64,000 bases of DNA, taken from NCBI RefSeq assembly GCF_021869535.1, contig NW_026262723.1, positions 67,208,001 through 67,272,000 on the forward strand, in the 5' to 3' direction. Within the stretch, counting starts at the first letter, position 1; the number at the start of each line of letters is the position of its first letter. The translations under genes were made by a program, and so were the position numbers. Under the pieces are notes generated by a model. The model saw only the letters and a program-made list of their open reading frames with translations. It was not told the DNA's origin and did not search any database. The DNA comes from Mytilus californianus. Its lineage: Eukaryota. Positions 62,210-64,000 of this stretch are shown piece by piece.

Positions 62210-62840
62210 CCCCAAGGGTGACTGAAGAACATACGTATGGTAACTTTGGTTTACCGGCAGTTAAACCCTTGCAAAAAGGGGCGACTGTTTGGCTATCCGG
62301 GAATACAGGGGGGGGGGGGGGGGGGGGGGGGGGAATATATGATTAGGTCAATAAAGATCCCATTACTTGTTACATAAAAGCACAGTATTTTTGTCACAGC
62401 CAAGTATCGCCGTAAGTTAACATTACATAAGGAATCTTGAGCTTCAGATCTGAGCAAAGGTGAAAATTTTCCTCATTTGAAACTTAGGTATTCCACTTTT
62501 CCAACACACCACAAACCCAACCATTATGGGAAAAGGTTAGAGTTTACCTACGCAATATATGAAAAAGGTATACATTTTTAAAATCTAAATTGTATGAAAA
62601 GGGTGGGGTAACAGAACCCCAACAGCACCCCAATAAAAAAAGTATTGATATGCGCCTTCCCTCCCTCCCCCAGGGATGTACAAGTACACAGCCACGTCCG
62701 GTTAGAATGGAGATATTTAGAGGGAATTCCATGGGCTCCGCAAGACCCCATGCAACAACGTTTTGCAGGGTTCGTAGGTGGCCTGTTGCAAGGTAAATTG
62801 TCAGTCTCTATCCAATATACCCTCTTTTTTCAGTGACAAT
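62210..62840 (+). mobile_element. Old SINE copy split into a 5' piece (62210-62305) and a core piece (62673-62840)
   Basis: CCCCAAGGGTGACTG start; GGGATGTACAAGTACACAGCCACGTCCGG...GGTGGCCTGTTGCAAGG. Confidence 0.7.
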
Positions 62841-63713
62841 CCAGATTTCGCGTAGAGACCTTCTTGACCTTTGCGACCAAAATGTAATAAAATGTGCAAA
62901 TGAGCTTATTTTGTACTGTCATGACTGTCTAAACTGAAGACTCTACTTGATAAAGAATATCTCCCTCAGAATCGGATTTCTTGTGAATGTTCACGTAAAG
63001 GCCTGATGCTTCCAGTTTCAATATTATAACAAGCCTAACATAACACGATTTGAAGTCATGAATTCCCGGTCTTTCGTAAGGCTGATTTGCCTGTTCTATG
63101 GTGGACTAGTACGTGCCTAGATATGGCAGTCCTGATACCAATTAACGTAGACTTACACTATTCTGTTTCTTTTTCATTTGGAGACTTGCTTAAAAAAAAT
63201 TTAGTCTTTTGTCAAATATTGAGATATCTAGTATTTCAAATTCTACATCACAATACTTCGGCCAACCATTTTTTGTTTATGTTGAGTCAAAACTAGTTAT
63301 TTTAATCAACAACACAAATAACTTCAATTATTATTTTATCAAATTGTATCAACACATAAAACACTTATAACGTATCAAGTATTATACAACACTCAGTGTA
63401 TACACTGCACTGTTAAAGGTCGACCTGACTAGAATATTACATTTTCACCTTTTTTCAGATTAATTGTCTGTCATTTCATTAATCATGATAACACACACAA
63501 ATATTTAATTAAAAATTCACCACTTAAGAGTAATAATGAAAATACACTATTTCACTAATTGTTTTAAAACACATAATTTTACTAAATATTTAAAGTCCAC
63601 CCTACCATATGTGATAATATATAATTAAAATATATTATTTCACTACATCCATAAGTCCACCCTACCAATCCCCTTAATTAACATAGCTCATTTACTAACT
63701 AATCCCTTTATCT

Positions 63714-64000
63714 CGTCCGTTTGGCTGTGCGGGATGTATCAAGTATACGCAGCCACGTCCGGTCAGAATGGGGACGTTAAATCCGATGCCTTGTGTAGAG
63801 GCCACGCTCTCTGCACGTTAAGACACCTTGCAACAACTCTTTGAGGGGTCCGTAGGTAGCCTGTTGCAAGGCAAAATTTCTGTCCCTATCTAATATACCC
63901 TCATTTTTTTGAAGTGGCAGTCGACATTTTCCCGACCTTATCTCGGACGGCCTAAATTACAAGACCTACCTTTTATATTTATTGTTAATTTGTTCTCGTC
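63714..64000 (+). mobile_element. 5'-truncated SINE copy running off the window end
   Basis: CGTCCGTTTGGCTGTGCGGG...TTTGTTCTCGTC. Confidence 0.9.

Overview
AT-rich eukaryotic DNA, most like a bivalve mollusc and probably Mytilus-like. That assignment is inferred from the repeat families: pearl/HINE-type elements, hammerhead retrozyme units and (AATC)n-tailed SINE/LINEs. The window is almost entirely a nested graveyard of transposable elements, and I found no recognisable conserved multi-exon host gene. Main components: (1) about 14 copies of a ~430-bp, highly structured SINE-like element that lacks a tRNA head, seven of them in a ~689-bp tandem array at 13.05-17.62 kb; (2) a full-length but decayed Nimb/I-type LINE with APE, RT and RNase H domains (22.64-28.29 kb), inserted into a DDE transposase relic, plus a 5'-truncated copy of the same LINE family inside a Gypsy integrase; (3) relics of hAT, Harbinger, pogo, Crypton-like, DIRS-gag-like and RAG1-N/Chapa-domain elements; (4) hammerhead-ribozyme retrozyme copies; (5) many MITEs and HINEs. 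The most interesting candidates are an intronless zinc-finger + KCTD-type BTB ORF directly downstream of the Gypsy pol, a 5'-terminal H-type pseudoknot in the headless SINE, evidence that the tandem array arose by recombination between two SINE copies, a tRNA-like Pol III head overlapping a hammerhead-like fold, and an RTE-type 5' motif plus an HDV-like fold at the LINE 5' end. All protein and family assignments come from motif recognition by eye, not database searches.
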